Positions 53,321 through 62,945 of a stretch of DNA of 64,000 bases are shown in pieces. Position 1 is the first letter of the stretch, and the number at the start of each line of letters is the position of its first letter. The notes below the pieces were generated by a model, which worked only from the letters and a program-made list of their open reading frames with translations, was not told where the DNA came from and ran no database searches. This DNA comes from a virus. Lineage: Duplodnaviria; Caudoviricetes. The translations under genes were made by a program, and so were the position numbers. The stretch covers positions 5,574-69,573 of IMG/VR virus record IMGVR_UViG_3300033067_000365, one strand, 5' to 3'.

Positions 53321-53465
53321 AGGCTGATTCTCCACGCTTAGTTTGGCGTTGTTGTGAGAAGTCTTTCTTTTTGCGTTTCTTATTACGCTGTTGATAGTCT
53401 TCGTATCCAGCATCATCGAATCGTTTATTCTTGCCTTTGTTGTTCTGAAGGTAAGAGCTTTGCAT
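53313..53465 (-). CDS. 50-aa basic protein (absent from ORF track)
   Basis: MQSSYLQNNKGKNKRF...RNKKRKKKDFSQQRQTKRGE; promoter and AGGA upstream. Confidence 0.55.
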   Translation of the reverse strand: MQSSYLQNNKGKNKRFDDAGYEDYQQRNKKRKKKDFSQQRQTKRGESAYA

Positions 53466-54115
53466 TTTAGTTTCCTTAGTTAGTTAAGCAGTCTCTAGTG
53501 TATCACACAAATCGAGAATTTTCTGAGCTTCCTCAAAATCTACCGCTTTTGCCATGAAATCCACGTTTTCTGTTGCGTAATCGACACAAACTACATCATA
53601 CAATGACTTAATTTCTGCATTACGGACGATTACAAATTCTTTTTCCATGTGATATTTCCTTTTAACGGTTGTTTAAACGCAAGACATTAGCTTCTGCTTC
53701 TGTCTTCAGATAGTGCAAGGCAACATCTGTGTACTGAACGGTATCGAAAGTTTTCCAGTAACCGTTTGTCCATTTAACAATGTATCTCATTTTTTAAACC
53801 TTTCTTTGTAAGCATTTTCAATTTCTAATCTTAGCAGGGTTTCTGCAATTAACGTTTGACCGTGAAGTGCTTTATACACATCATCTATTTGAATACCAGC
53901 GGCATTAGCTTCGTGAACTAACTTCTGCAGTTTCCATTCAAATTCTTGAGCATCAATCATACCATCCCTTCTCTTCGTTGTTAAACTTGTTGAATAAATT
54001 ATCTTCTAAGTCTAGTATACTACAGATTACATCTCTTTCATCTTGTTTACTAACAAATTCGATATTTTCTTCAGAGAACCTAGAGTATACATCAATTTTT
54101 TGCTTCTGTGCTTTA

Positions 54116-54382
54116 TTATTTTTCAAGTTGTTCTAACCTCCATGCCTGATGCTCTAATACTTCGATTCTACCTGATAACTTAAAGATTAAAGTATCAGCC
54201 TCAGCTAAGTCCTCTTCAAGCTCTGTTAAAAGTTCCTCAAGTCTTTCAGTTTCCTCGACTTGCGCCTCAAATGCTCGACTATTATTCATTTCTGCATCTT
54301 CAGTACGAGCATATAAATTAGCCACTACTAAAGCGCCAGCTAGATAAGCCTCAAGTTCAAGTTCTCGTAAACTCTTCATCAT
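54116..54382 (-). CDS. coiled-coil hypothetical protein
   Basis: GGAGG RBS; heptad pattern. Confidence 0.6.
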   Translation of the reverse strand: MMKSLRELELEAYLAGALVVANLYARTEDAEMNNSRAFEAQVEETERLEELLTELEEDLAEADTLIFKLSGRIEVLEHQAWRLEQLEK

Positions 54383-54836
54383 TACCTCCACTAATATTTC
54401 TAGCAATAGGTTTGAAACTTTCTAATACAGAGAAATTCTCACGAAAAACTTCAACCTTACCTCTTCGATAAAGATTCTCGACAGCTATTAATAAAAATAG
54501 AGCCTTTAAACAATCTTGTAGAAGTTCTGGTGTCATTTCGACTGTACCTTCTCCTAATGCAAGAATGAAACAGACTAGTGATAGCCAGTACAGATACTGC
54601 TGTGCTTCGTTTGTATTTGCCGTGTACTCTCCAGAAGCTAGAGTACTGCGAATTGTATTCATTAGTACAGCTAAGTGCAATACCTCTACATCTTCTAGGC
54701 GTTCAAAGAAATCACCAGCAGTTAAAAACGAATTTTCTTGCAAATCTTTAGCCGCCCTTACGAGATAGGTTGGTAGTCTATCTCCAGAATTAGCAATCTT
54801 ATTTACATCTACAGCAAAACCTACATAGTTAATCAT
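54357..54836 (-). CDS. hypothetical protein
   Basis: 159-aa helical ORF. Confidence 0.6.
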   Translation of the reverse strand: MINYVGFAVDVNKIANSGDRLPTYLVRAAKDLQENSFLTAGDFFERLEDVEVLHLAVLMNTIRSTLASGEYTANTNEAQQYLYWLSLVCFILALGEGTVEMTPELLQDCLKALFLLIAVENLYRRGKVEVFRENFSVLESFKPIARNISGGNDEEFTRT

Positions 54837-54950
54837 AGCAAAGCATCCTCTACATCAGATAAATCAGGCTTAGTGACGTAGTGACGCTTTTTATCTAACA
54901 ACGCTTGGCTTTCAACTGTACGTACATTGTTACAAGTTGGAAAGGGCCAG

Positions 54951-55286
54951 TTAGTCATCGGTTGTGTTGGCTGTGTTGTTTGCATTGTATGTACCCTTTA
55001 AGAAATTACGCATTGTAAAATCTAACTTAATCGTTAGAGAGACTTGATTGTACACCATAACTGGTTCTTGTCCCTGCATTTTAAAGACCCTAGGCTTAAA
55101 ATATTTCCGACTAATCGTACCAATACCATTAAGCTTAACACTTTTACCTTCACCTAGGATGTTTTGAATGTGTGCAACTAAGTGTGATAGTACATCCTCC
55201 ACCTCATAGATATGGTACTTAGTCGATTTTGAGACTAATCGAATTAACTCCTTAGTCTTAACTGGTGCAACTTCTACTTTAGCCAT
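54951..55286 (-). CDS. HU/IHF-like histone-like DNA-binding protein
   Basis: KELI..VS.......V..V.......L..G..V.L.GIGT...K...PR. Confidence 0.8.
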   Translation of the reverse strand: MAKVEVAPVKTKELIRLVSKSTKYHIYEVEDVLSHLVAHIQNILGEGKSVKLNGIGTISRKYFKPRVFKMQGQEPVMVYNQVSLTIKLDFTMRNFLKGTYNANNTANTTDD

Positions 55287-55507
55287 TTTACAATCTCCAT
55301 GAAAGAGGGTACTACGTAATTCTTTACGTCTTGCACGTTATCCTGCATAGTTTGCACTACGCAGTCACCAAAACAATTCTTAGAGATAAATCTAAACTTA
55401 GTGGATGGAGAGGCAGCAAATGTAAACACATCGTAAGTATTTAACTCACCTACAGGTTGTGCAAAATCTTCAGGTTTCCAATCGTTTAAATCATGTTCAT
55501 TTAACAT
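55274..55507 (-). CDS. hypothetical protein
   Basis: Operon-coupled ORF. Confidence 0.55.
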   Translation of the reverse strand: MLNEHDLNDWKPEDFAQPVGELNTYDVFTFAASPSTKFRFISKNCFGDCVVQTMQDNVQDVKNYVVPSFMEIVKWLK

Positions 55508-55508
55508 A

Positions 55509-56411
55509 TTAACCTTCCTTTACGTTATTAGGGATTAACTGGCGAAATTGAATCCATCCGCATAAGTTACCACTGTGAGGTTGATAATACTTATCAATGT
55601 GTGTAACACCTTCAATTTTTAGATATTCTTCAACAAATGGTACATCGTTAATTGGTGTAGCGATATGCTCAACAGGTGAAGCGTGTACTGGAATTGAGTT
55701 AATCAATCGGTCAAACACCATAGAAGCCTTCTCTAAGCTACCATCATTCTTACGATAGCTAATCTGAGCGCAACAGCTGGCGCTAATCATACGAGCCTCT
55801 TCCATAGTAATATATTTATCGTGTTCATCCACATAATGCAGAATATTAGTATGAGAATCCCGATATGTTTTTACATATGGTACATGCCACTCACCGACAG
55901 CTAAATTCTCTGGTGTACTTGCATCATAAGCAACAGCCATAACTGCAGCTAATTCTGCAATTTCAGGTTGTGCATCTTCATGGTCACGCAACCAGAACCA
56001 ATTGTTAAAATCTGTAGCAGTAACGATTGTCTTAATTAACTGATACGGCTCAAGAACACGGTTGACAATTTGCTTGTGTAGTCCAGCATCCTTTAGTGCC
56101 TTAGCATACTTAACTGCTGAATCACGAGAAGCTAACCACAATGTTTTTGCACGTTCAATATCAGATACTTCGGCTTTAGCTTGCATACCCGCTTGATTAG
56201 CACCCCAATGTACTGGCATAGCTGGCATAGTTTCGACTAGTTCAATAACTTTATCAATTGGAATAGCACGAGAACTAGCAGCGTTACGGCTAAATACTCG
56301 GTGGGTTAATAACTCGCTGTGGACAAAACGTGGGTACACTAGCTCAAACGTAGTGATTCGCGCTTCGTGTGTTTCATTATAACTATCTTTAATGATGTTT
56401 GCTGATATCAT
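55509..56411 (-). CDS. thyX: FAD-dependent thymidylate synthase
   Basis: SELLTHRVFSRNAASSRA; LHKQ..NR.LEP; R.H..AQ.EI; H.SP.EH. Confidence 0.88.
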   Translation of the reverse strand: MISANIIKDSYNETHEARITTFELVYPRFVHSELLTHRVFSRNAASSRAIPIDKVIELVETMPAMPVHWGANQAGMQAKAEVSDIERAKTLWLASRDSAVKYAKALKDAGLHKQIVNRVLEPYQLIKTIVTATDFNNWFWLRDHEDAQPEIAELAAVMAVAYDASTPENLAVGEWHVPYVKTYRDSHTNILHYVDEHDKYITMEEARMISASCCAQISYRKNDGSLEKASMVFDRLINSIPVHASPVEHIATPINDVPFVEEYLKIEGVTHIDKYYQPHSGNLCGWIQFRQLIPNNVKEG

Positions 56412-56415
56412 TTAA

Positions 56416-56883
56416 TTACCTTTCATATTTAACTAACGTAACAGAACCGCCTTTAGCTTTAACAGCATCTGCAAAGCCTTGTAGCATACCTAGAATGCGG
56501 TCTTTATCACCTCCAGCTAGTCCCATACCAATGTACGGAAAACCGAAGTTACGATGCCCATGCTCTTTAACCAAACGGTCTAGCACTTTCTGGAATGCTT
56601 CGTACTCAAAATAATCACCCTTACCATCGTAGCCTTTAGCAAAGTCGTATTGGGTATAAGCGTTCACAATAGTAATAGGGCCATACATAATACTATATGT
56701 TCCTAGCTTATTACGGTCACCATAAAAGGTCAAGCAATCAGCTGCATAAGCTGCAGGGAATTCTTTCTTAATTTGTCGTGCAATACCTTTACCCATAGTG
56801 CAAAAGCAGTTACAACCGTGAACGATGTAATTGAAATGCCCTTCACGAGCAAGTTCAAGTAAATCACCTTCCATATGTTTCAT
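56416..56883 (-). CDS. macrodomain (Appr-1''-p processing) protein
   Basis: GDL...IVHGCNC..TMG.GIA..I; P.IG.GLAGG. Confidence 0.88.
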   Translation of the reverse strand: MKHMEGDLLELAREGHFNYIVHGCNCFCTMGKGIARQIKKEFPAAYAADCLTFYGDRNKLGTYSIMYGPITIVNAYTQYDFAKGYDGKGDYFEYEAFQKVLDRLVKEHGHRNFGFPYIGMGLAGGDKDRILGMLQGFADAVKAKGGSVTLVKYER

Positions 56884-57753
56884 TTATTTTCCTTTCAAAT
56901 CTTCTAAGAATACTCGGCGCATCTGGTCATTAAAACTTAACCATTGTTCTTTTGTAAACATACGCAGAATTTCGAACGGAGCATTATGCCACATCGATGG
57001 TAAAAGTTTTGTAATATCGTTCGGATTTTTATACATTACTTCAACATTTTTGGCAGTCATACGCATAAGCTTCTTCTTACCTACATAGTATGGTGTCTTA
57101 AGTTTACATGGCGCTAACTTAGTTTTGTCGTCTACACGATATACCATAAAACCTTCATCACGGTCTGTCTCAGCCATATTAATTGCTTCTTGCAAGGTCA
57201 TAGTACCTACAGGGTTATTAGGATGAAAATGACCGTTAGATTTTTCACGCATACCTAATAAATGCAACCCATAACGTTCTTCAACAATATGCGGGTCTTG
57301 CGGTACGACTACTTCAAATAATACGCTAGTATCTTTATCGATAATTATGTCATATAAGCCATAATCTTTTACGATTAATTCTTTAGCCCACTGAGCATAT
57401 TCAGAGGTAGTAGAGCCAGTAGTAGATACCAATAACTCACCGTTATGCAGAGTAGCACAAGCCATATAGCCATTGATTTTCTTATAGACTTCTACCTTGG
57501 TATCTAAACCTGCAGCAGCCCACCATACACCGTGTTCCTTGTAGTTGAATGATTTGCGTGGTGCAGCTTGTACTAATTCCTTTGTATTTGAATCATATAC
57601 ATGCCCACGGCACTCCATCAAGTCGTATTCATTAAACCACAGATACTCGTACATGGCTCGGCGGTGATATTTAAACGTAGTATATTTACCGTCATTCTTC
57701 ATGACAGCCAAACCACGGTTAACTAATAACATCTGTTGGTCAAAGCTTAACAC
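56884..57753 (-). CDS. T4 Rnl1-like RNA ligase
   Basis: ECRG..Y...K.FN..E; K.NG motif I; STTGS; FE; EGF; K.KT..Y. Confidence 0.8.
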   Translation of the reverse strand: MLSFDQQMLLVNRGLAVMKNDGKYTTFKYHRRAMYEYLWFNEYDLMECRGHVYDSNTKELVQAAPRKSFNYKEHGVWWAAAGLDTKVEVYKKINGYMACATLHNGELLVSTTGSTTSEYAQWAKELIVKDYGLYDIIIDKDTSVLFEVVVPQDPHIVEERYGLHLLGMREKSNGHFHPNNPVGTMTLQEAINMAETDRDEGFMVYRVDDKTKLAPCKLKTPYYVGKKKLMRMTAKNVEVMYKNPNDITKLLPSMWHNAPFEILRMFTKEQWLSFNDQMRRVFLEDLKGK

Positions 57754-58147
57754 TGAAACGCTCCTTCATTTGTTTAATTTTTTCTTCTGGTACACCGTGG
57801 ATGTTAACACCATCGTGGCGATTCTCAACAATCACACTAATAAAATGAGCATTAAATTCTTCAGCTATTCCTTGATAAACTTGAACCTCTTTTTCCGTAG
57901 TACTTGTATTAGATACAGCTACAGATTTACCAAGATGACCGAGAACATAGCGAGTATTAGCTTGACATAAATTATGTGCAGATTTTAGGCATGCTGCATC
58001 AAACTCATATAGGCCGTTCTCCATATAGAAAAAGTCATCAGCTTCGAACACTCGCTCTACAACACCCGCTTCCCACAATCGTTGTGCAAACGTACTCTTA
58101 CCTGCGCCACTTACGCCACGGATAAGATATAAGATAGGTTTACTCAT
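57740..58147 (-). CDS. P-loop polynucleotide kinase (Pnk N-domain-like)
   Basis: IRGVSGAGKST; EADD.F; V.NT.T; HGVP.E. Confidence 0.8.
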   Translation of the reverse strand: MSKPILYLIRGVSGAGKSTFAQRLWEAGVVERVFEADDFFYMENGLYEFDAACLKSAHNLCQANTRYVLGHLGKSVAVSNTSTTEKEVQVYQGIAEEFNAHFISVIVENRHDGVNIHGVPEEKIKQMKERFSVKL

Positions 58148-58650
58148 TTTAGTTTCTCCAGTTCAGCTTCAAGTTGTTTACGTTTGGCCTGTTTTAGGTA
58201 TTCTGCACCTTCTGCTCTGGTCAAATTGTACCACGTATTTAATACTTCTAAACCATTCTCAAGTTCATCAGGCTTAAAATACCATGTTGAATTTAAACTA
58301 TCATAGAAGTAACATGGTACATCTTTCATAGCTGCATATAAACGTTCGTTTGAGAAGTAATATAGTTCGTCATTAAACATAGAATAGTTATTGACGTAAA
58401 TACATACTACACCTTCCTCATAACTACGGCTCTCTGGAAAGTTAGTTGGGCGATTGACCCACCATGAAATATCCCATTGAAAGTACATATCCTTGTAGCG
58501 ATTTGTCAATGCGTGATACACATCACCAGTATATTCCTTGGCGATAATATCATCAGCAAACAATGGTAGAAGTTCAGCAAAAGCTGACACCTTCTCATAT
58601 TTTAATCGTGTAGTTTGCAAACGTGTCTGCAATGTTGGGTGAATCGACAT
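58144..58650 (-). CDS. hypothetical protein
   Basis: 168-aa ORF in operon. Confidence 0.65.
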   Translation of the reverse strand: MSIHPTLQTRLQTTRLKYEKVSAFAELLPLFADDIIAKEYTGDVYHALTNRYKDMYFQWDISWWVNRPTNFPESRSYEEGVVCIYVNNYSMFNDELYYFSNERLYAAMKDVPCYFYDSLNSTWYFKPDELENGLEVLNTWYNLTRAEGAEYLKQAKRKQLEAELEKLK

Positions 58651-58651
58651 A

Positions 58652-58834
58652 TTATTTCTTACCTTTCAATTTTAAGTATTCTTCATCATCTAAGTCACGC
58701 ACACCAGCACAAGGTTTATTGATAGCCTTTTCAGTTGCACGATTACCTAGGCGTATTAGACCACACTTTCCGCAGTAAATGAACATGCCCTTAGCATTTA
58801 GTGAGCGATTAAAGTTATGACCACTTTGACTCAT
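58652..58834 (-). CDS. small Zn-binding hypothetical protein
   Basis: H.F...C.KCG...N..T..AI..PC. Confidence 0.6.
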   Translation of the reverse strand: MSQSGHNFNRSLNAKGMFIYCGKCGLIRLGNRATEKAINKPCAGVRDLDDEEYLKLKGKK

Positions 58835-59036
58835 AAAATTCCTCCTGAATCTGTCGGTTCCATCCGCCTTCGTCCCAAGACTTAAACGTAGCTTTAGACT
58901 TAGCGATTAGACCATCTGGTAATACTCGTGATGTACCAGAGAACCATTCCTCTTCAAATGCACAAGACATAGAAGCTAAATCGTGTTCGTGTACTAAGTC
59001 ATAGTACCACCACGGTAAAACATTATTCCAGCTCAT
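58815..59036 (-). CDS. hypothetical protein
   Basis: Start MSWNNV. Confidence 0.55.
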   Translation of the reverse strand: MSWNNVLPWWYYDLVHEHDLASMSCAFEEEWFSGTSRVLPDGLIAKSKATFKSWDEGGWNRQIQEEFYESKWS

Positions 59037-59037
59037 A

Positions 59038-59232
59038 TCATACCGCCGAGCAAAGGAGTACCTTACCAGAATCATTAACCCCGTGAACCATTTCATCTAA
59101 CTCTTTTGCTAAGTCTTCCATATAGTGACGACCTGTGACACTATCCCCAATGAAACGACCATCATAATAATTACTATTCTGACGGTCACGCTCACATAGA
59201 TAAAGCTCTAATACTTCTGTGAATTTGCTCAT
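59038..59232 (-). CDS. hypothetical protein
   Basis: ATGA overlap. Confidence 0.55.
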   Translation of the reverse strand: MSKFTEVLELYLCERDRQNSNYYDGRFIGDSVTGRHYMEDLAKELDEMVHGVNDSGKVLLCSAV

Positions 59233-59438
59233 TTAATACTCCAATGAATTAGTCCAATCAAGTAAATCATAGCCGAAGCCATTTCCACCAAGATTAGAGG
59301 TTTATCTTTAGCAATAAATCCAGCTATACACCAGAGTGTACCACCGATTGCACTGAAGATTAAGTTTAACGGAAAAATATTGAATGCGGTTAATACCATA
59401 CCAATTAAGTAGGTTATTGTGCCTAGCCATTTAATCAT
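59229..59438 (-). CDS. small multi-TM membrane protein
   Basis: KW.GT...G..LTA.N..P.N...G..LW..G. Confidence 0.7.
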   Translation of the reverse strand: MIKWLGTITYLIGMVLTAFNIFPLNLIFSAIGGTLWCIAGFIAKDKPLILVEMASAMIYLIGLIHWSIK

Positions 59439-59887
59439 AATTGTGTCTCGCTGTACTGTTGGATTCTTACACCAGAACCTTCGAGTAATGCAAGTCCAGA
59501 TGTATCACGGTAAGGTGTTTTGTACACCAGTCGCCTTACACCAGCCTGAACCATCATTGCACTACATTGTACGCATGGTGCAAGAGTGACATAAACTGTC
59601 GAATCAATACAACTTACGCCTTCACGAGCAGCTTTTAAGATACAGTTGAGTTCGGCGTGAATTACTTCTGGTTTAGTGACGAGTGCTGGCTCATGTGGAA
59701 ACGACTGTGGTTCAAGGGTTTCACAGCAGTTATCACGGCCTCTAGCAGTGCCATTATAGCCAGTAAGGGTTACCCCATGACTGGTGACTAATACAGCCCC
59801 TACTTGCGCTCTCTTGGCTTTGGACAGCATTGAATGAGTTATTGCAGTCTGCATATAAACGCTGTCAAGTTCTTTTTGATTAGCCAT
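59435..59887 (-). CDS. dCMP deaminase
   Basis: VGAV...GYNG...HAE.N...PC..C. Confidence 0.88.
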   Translation of the reverse strand: MANQKELDSVYMQTAITHSMLSKAKRAQVGAVLVTSHGVTLTGYNGTARGRDNCCETLEPQSFPHEPALVTKPEVIHAELNCILKAAREGVSCIDSTVYVTLAPCVQCSAMMVQAGVRRLVYKTPYRDTSGLALLEGSGVRIQQYSETQL

Positions 59888-60143
59888 GAATCACCCTTAC
59901 TACTTTTTCTGGTTTAGACTTTTTACTCATTGACATAACTTTTACTGCTTGAGCGTATGTTTCAACTTTGCAGTGTCTTAGGTAATCATTTAACCACCAT
60001 TGAATATCGCTAGTAGTAGAATAAGCCCAACCATTACGGTCCTTATAGGTCCACATAAATCCTAACCAACCTCGTTTACGAACAGCAAAAGTACCATCGG
60101 CAAATTCTACAATATGGGGTTTGAACGGGTTATAAAATTTCAT
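59880..60143 (-). CDS. hypothetical protein
   Basis: Start MKFYNP. Confidence 0.55.
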   Translation of the reverse strand: MKFYNPFKPHIVEFADGTFAVRKRGWLGFMWTYKDRNGWAYSTTSDIQWWLNDYLRHCKVETYAQAVKVMSMSKKSKPEKVVRVIHG

Positions 60144-60477
60144 ATTCTTTAATTCCTTCATCAGTTGTGTAACGCACAATCTTAACACCAAATCCTTTGA
60201 GCATAGCTTGACAGGTTGGACAGGGTTTAGCAATAGCCATATCACCATTATCGTGGAAACGCTGCACTAAAATACTATGGATATCTTTACGACCAGATTG
60301 TAACACAGCATTTAATTCTGCGTGTTGGTAAATCTTTTCGTCCGATTCACCAGCTTTAACTGCAAAGTGTAACATCAAAGGATGCGACTTATTGTAGTTA
60401 TTTGCACCAGTTCCAAGTACACGACCTTTACGGTCAAAGCACGTAGCTACAATGGTGTAGCGTTTCCTAGCTGACAT
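60130..60477 (-). CDS. second Zn-dependent cytidine-deaminase-fold protein
   Basis: HAE..A...KPC..C; G.N.Y.K.HP. Confidence 0.8.
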   Translation of the reverse strand: MSARKRYTIVATCFDRKGRVLGTGANNYNKSHPLMLHFAVKAGESDEKIYQHAELNAVLQSGRKDIHSILVQRFHDNGDMAIAKPCPTCQAMLKGFGVKIVRYTTDEGIKEYEIL

Positions 60478-60918
60478 TTAGATAGTGCCTTTCATTTTCT
60501 TGAGCTTACGTTGAATATTAGCTAACATATTTGCCTGACGTTTCAATTTTTTACGTGCATATTTATATCTGTTAAGAAGTTTAAAATGTGCTAAAGTTTC
60601 TGGTTTATCTGGGTCACACGAACTCCATTCAGTTTTAATTGCTTCTTTAAGCGCCATTTGCAAATCGCCGTGATTCTTTAGAGCGTCCCGATTTAAAAAC
60701 ATCATGAAATTTAATTCGTCTTGTGTAAGTTCGTCCTTATTAGGGAATTTAAACAGTGTTAAGTTTACTGGCTCACCTCCTAACAAGAAAGCTTCTTGAC
60801 TAGGCTTACCCTGCACAGCTTTCTCAGCGCGTTTCCAGAAGATTTCAGCTAAAGCACGTTCGTCTTCACCAAGACCCATACGCTCTACCAAGTTTTCGAA
60901 TTCACATTTCATTTGCAT
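60478..60918 (-). CDS. hypothetical protein
   Basis: AAGGAG RBS; first gene of the leftward arm. Confidence 0.65.
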   Translation of the reverse strand: MQMKCEFENLVERMGLGEDERALAEIFWKRAEKAVQGKPSQEAFLLGGEPVNLTLFKFPNKDELTQDELNFMMFLNRDALKNHGDLQMALKEAIKTEWSSCDPDKPETLAHFKLLNRYKYARKKLKRQANMLANIQRKLKKMKGTI

Positions 60919-61054
60919 TGCAGCTCCTTTAAGTTGTTGAAGTCTCTACTGTATCATAACTTCTGGCAGTTTGCAACAAATATTTCTAACATTTTTGCTT
61001 GCATTCTAACCTCACTTATGTTATAGTTCAGTTTTCAATGTTAAGGAGAACCTT

Positions 61055-61351
61055 ATGAATGACCCATACAATCAATTATCTGTAGCGTCAGGTGTTACAG
61101 ATGGTAGCCAAAATAAGTCAGAAGTTTACTACGAAGGTGAACCGCACTTCTGGATTTGGTGGAATGGTAAAGATGAAGTTGCTAGTCTTGACCTTGTGCT
61201 TAATCACCCACGCCTAGGTTTGTGCGTAGATGTACGTACAAGCACAGTCTTGCGTAAGTTTGACTGTGGTTTCGAGACACGTAATACCATCTATATTAAG
61301 GCAACTCCAGAGATTCGCGCTATGTTTAAACCGACTATTGAAGGTAAGTAA
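61055..61351 (+). CDS. hypothetical protein
   Basis: AAGGAG RBS; V.TS.V....FET.NT.Y. Confidence 0.65.
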   Translation: MNDPYNQLSVASGVTDGSQNKSEVYYEGEPHFWIWWNGKDEVASLDLVLNHPRLGLCVDVRTSTVLRKFDCGFETRNTIYIKATPEIRAMFKPTIEGK

Positions 61352-61791
61352 TGACTGAAGTTCAACCAACAATTATCCGTAACGCCATTCTTACACCAGA
61401 TGGTACTTACCTACGCAGCTATCATGTGCATGACTACAAGGAATATTTTGATACAGTATCTAAAGAAACATATGTAGTCGATGGTGGTAATCAATACTTA
61501 CGCCGTTCAGTCAATGGTTGGGTAGCTGAAGATTTAACTGTTACAATGGACGACAAATTCAGTTTGATTCGCTGTGCCTTCGTATGGAAATCCTATGGTA
61601 AGGACATGGAGCATTTACCACACGGTATCTATATCGCTTTATGTGATATGACTACTGACCATATCGAAGCTATTCTGAATACGCAAGTACACATCCGTGG
61701 AATTTATGTTGAAGAGTTGATGATTGCTGAGTTACAGTACCGAAAATGTGGTATGATTCGTCCAGAGATGTTTAAATTCATAAAGGAGTAA
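61351..61791 (+). CDS. conserved phage hypothetical protein
   Basis: NAI.TPDG..L.S.H.HDY...VDGG..YLRR. Confidence 0.7.
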   Translation: MTEVQPTIIRNAILTPDGTYLRSYHVHDYKEYFDTVSKETYVVDGGNQYLRRSVNGWVAEDLTVTMDDKFSLIRCAFVWKSYGKDMEHLPHGIYIALCDMTTDHIEAILNTQVHIRGIYVEELMIAELQYRKCGMIRPEMFKFIKE

Positions 61792-62033
61792 TATGACAGA
61801 TGTAGAAAAGTTTTGGGCTGCAGTGTCAGCTAAGTTTGGAGATAACCGCCAATGGCATCAGTTGCATCCACAAGAGCAACAGCAGGTTATTATGGGTATC
61901 AATATGATTTTATCGGTAGTAGCACGATGAACTTTCCTAAGTTAATTTGGCATAGTCCAAAGATTTTCTATTACGCAGGTTTGTATCTTAAACTTGGTAA
62001 CAAACGTTACCGTATTTTGAAAGTAGGTCCCCG

Positions 62034-62936
62034 ATGATTCCAGAAGGTTTTAAACCAAGTCTTGCTATCGAGCAAGCTAAAGTAAAAACACAACCTACAG
62101 TTCGATATCTCAGTGAAAAGCTTGATGGTATTCGTTGCGTAATCTTTGGCGGTGTAGCGTACAGCCGTAGTCTCAAGAAGATTCCTAACCTATCTATTCA
62201 AGCGTATGTAGCGCATCACGCTACAGTTTTGGAAGGTATGGATTGTGAAATTATTGTCGGTGATAAGAATGCACCAGATGTATTCACACAAAGCACTAGT
62301 GGTGTAATGCGTATTGAAGGTGAACCTGACTTTACATTGTGGGTATTTGATTATTTTCACCCAACTAAAACATGGTTAGAGCGTTACACACAATTGATTA
62401 GTATGGTTGCCAATAAACGTTTTCCTCAACGCTGCGCTTTGTTAGCACATGTACCAGTTGAGACTGACGAAGATATCTCTGCACATGAAGCTAATTTTCT
62501 TGCACAAGGTGCTGAAGGTGTTATGCTTCGTGATGCTAATGCTCGATATAAGTGTGGTCGCTCTGGTACAAAGAATCCAGAACTACAGAAGGTCAAGCGT
62601 TTCGTAGACAAGGAATTTGAAATCATCGGTTGGGAACCAAAGTATCACAATACCAATGAAGCAAAGACCAATGAATTAGGACGCACAGAACGCTCTACAA
62701 GCAAAGAGGGTATGGTAGCCCTAGACACTATGGGAACGCTCCTTCTACGTACCTCTGAAGGCTTAGAATTCGGTTGTGGTAGTGGCTTTACTGATGCTCT
62801 ACGTGCAGAGTTATGGGAAATCCGTGATACACTAGCTGGTCAGCTTGCAAAGGTTAAGTATTTCGATGTAGGTACTGGTTATAGCGTACCACGCTTTCCA
62901 GTGTTTCAAGGTATTCGTCATAAAGACGATATGTAA
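62034..62936 (+). CDS. lig: ATP-dependent DNA ligase
   Basis: EKLDGIR motif I, D.EI, FDY, EGVM.R, K.K, G.GF, RFPVF..IR. Confidence 0.92.
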   Translation: MIPEGFKPSLAIEQAKVKTQPTVRYLSEKLDGIRCVIFGGVAYSRSLKKIPNLSIQAYVAHHATVLEGMDCEIIVGDKNAPDVFTQSTSGVMRIEGEPDFTLWVFDYFHPTKTWLERYTQLISMVANKRFPQRCALLAHVPVETDEDISAHEANFLAQGAEGVMLRDANARYKCGRSGTKNPELQKVKRFVDKEFEIIGWEPKYHNTNEAKTNELGRTERSTSKEGMVALDTMGTLLLRTSEGLEFGCGSGFTDALRAELWEIRDTLAGQLAKVKYFDVGTGYSVPRFPVFQGIRHKDDM

Positions 62937-62945
62937 GGAGTAAAT

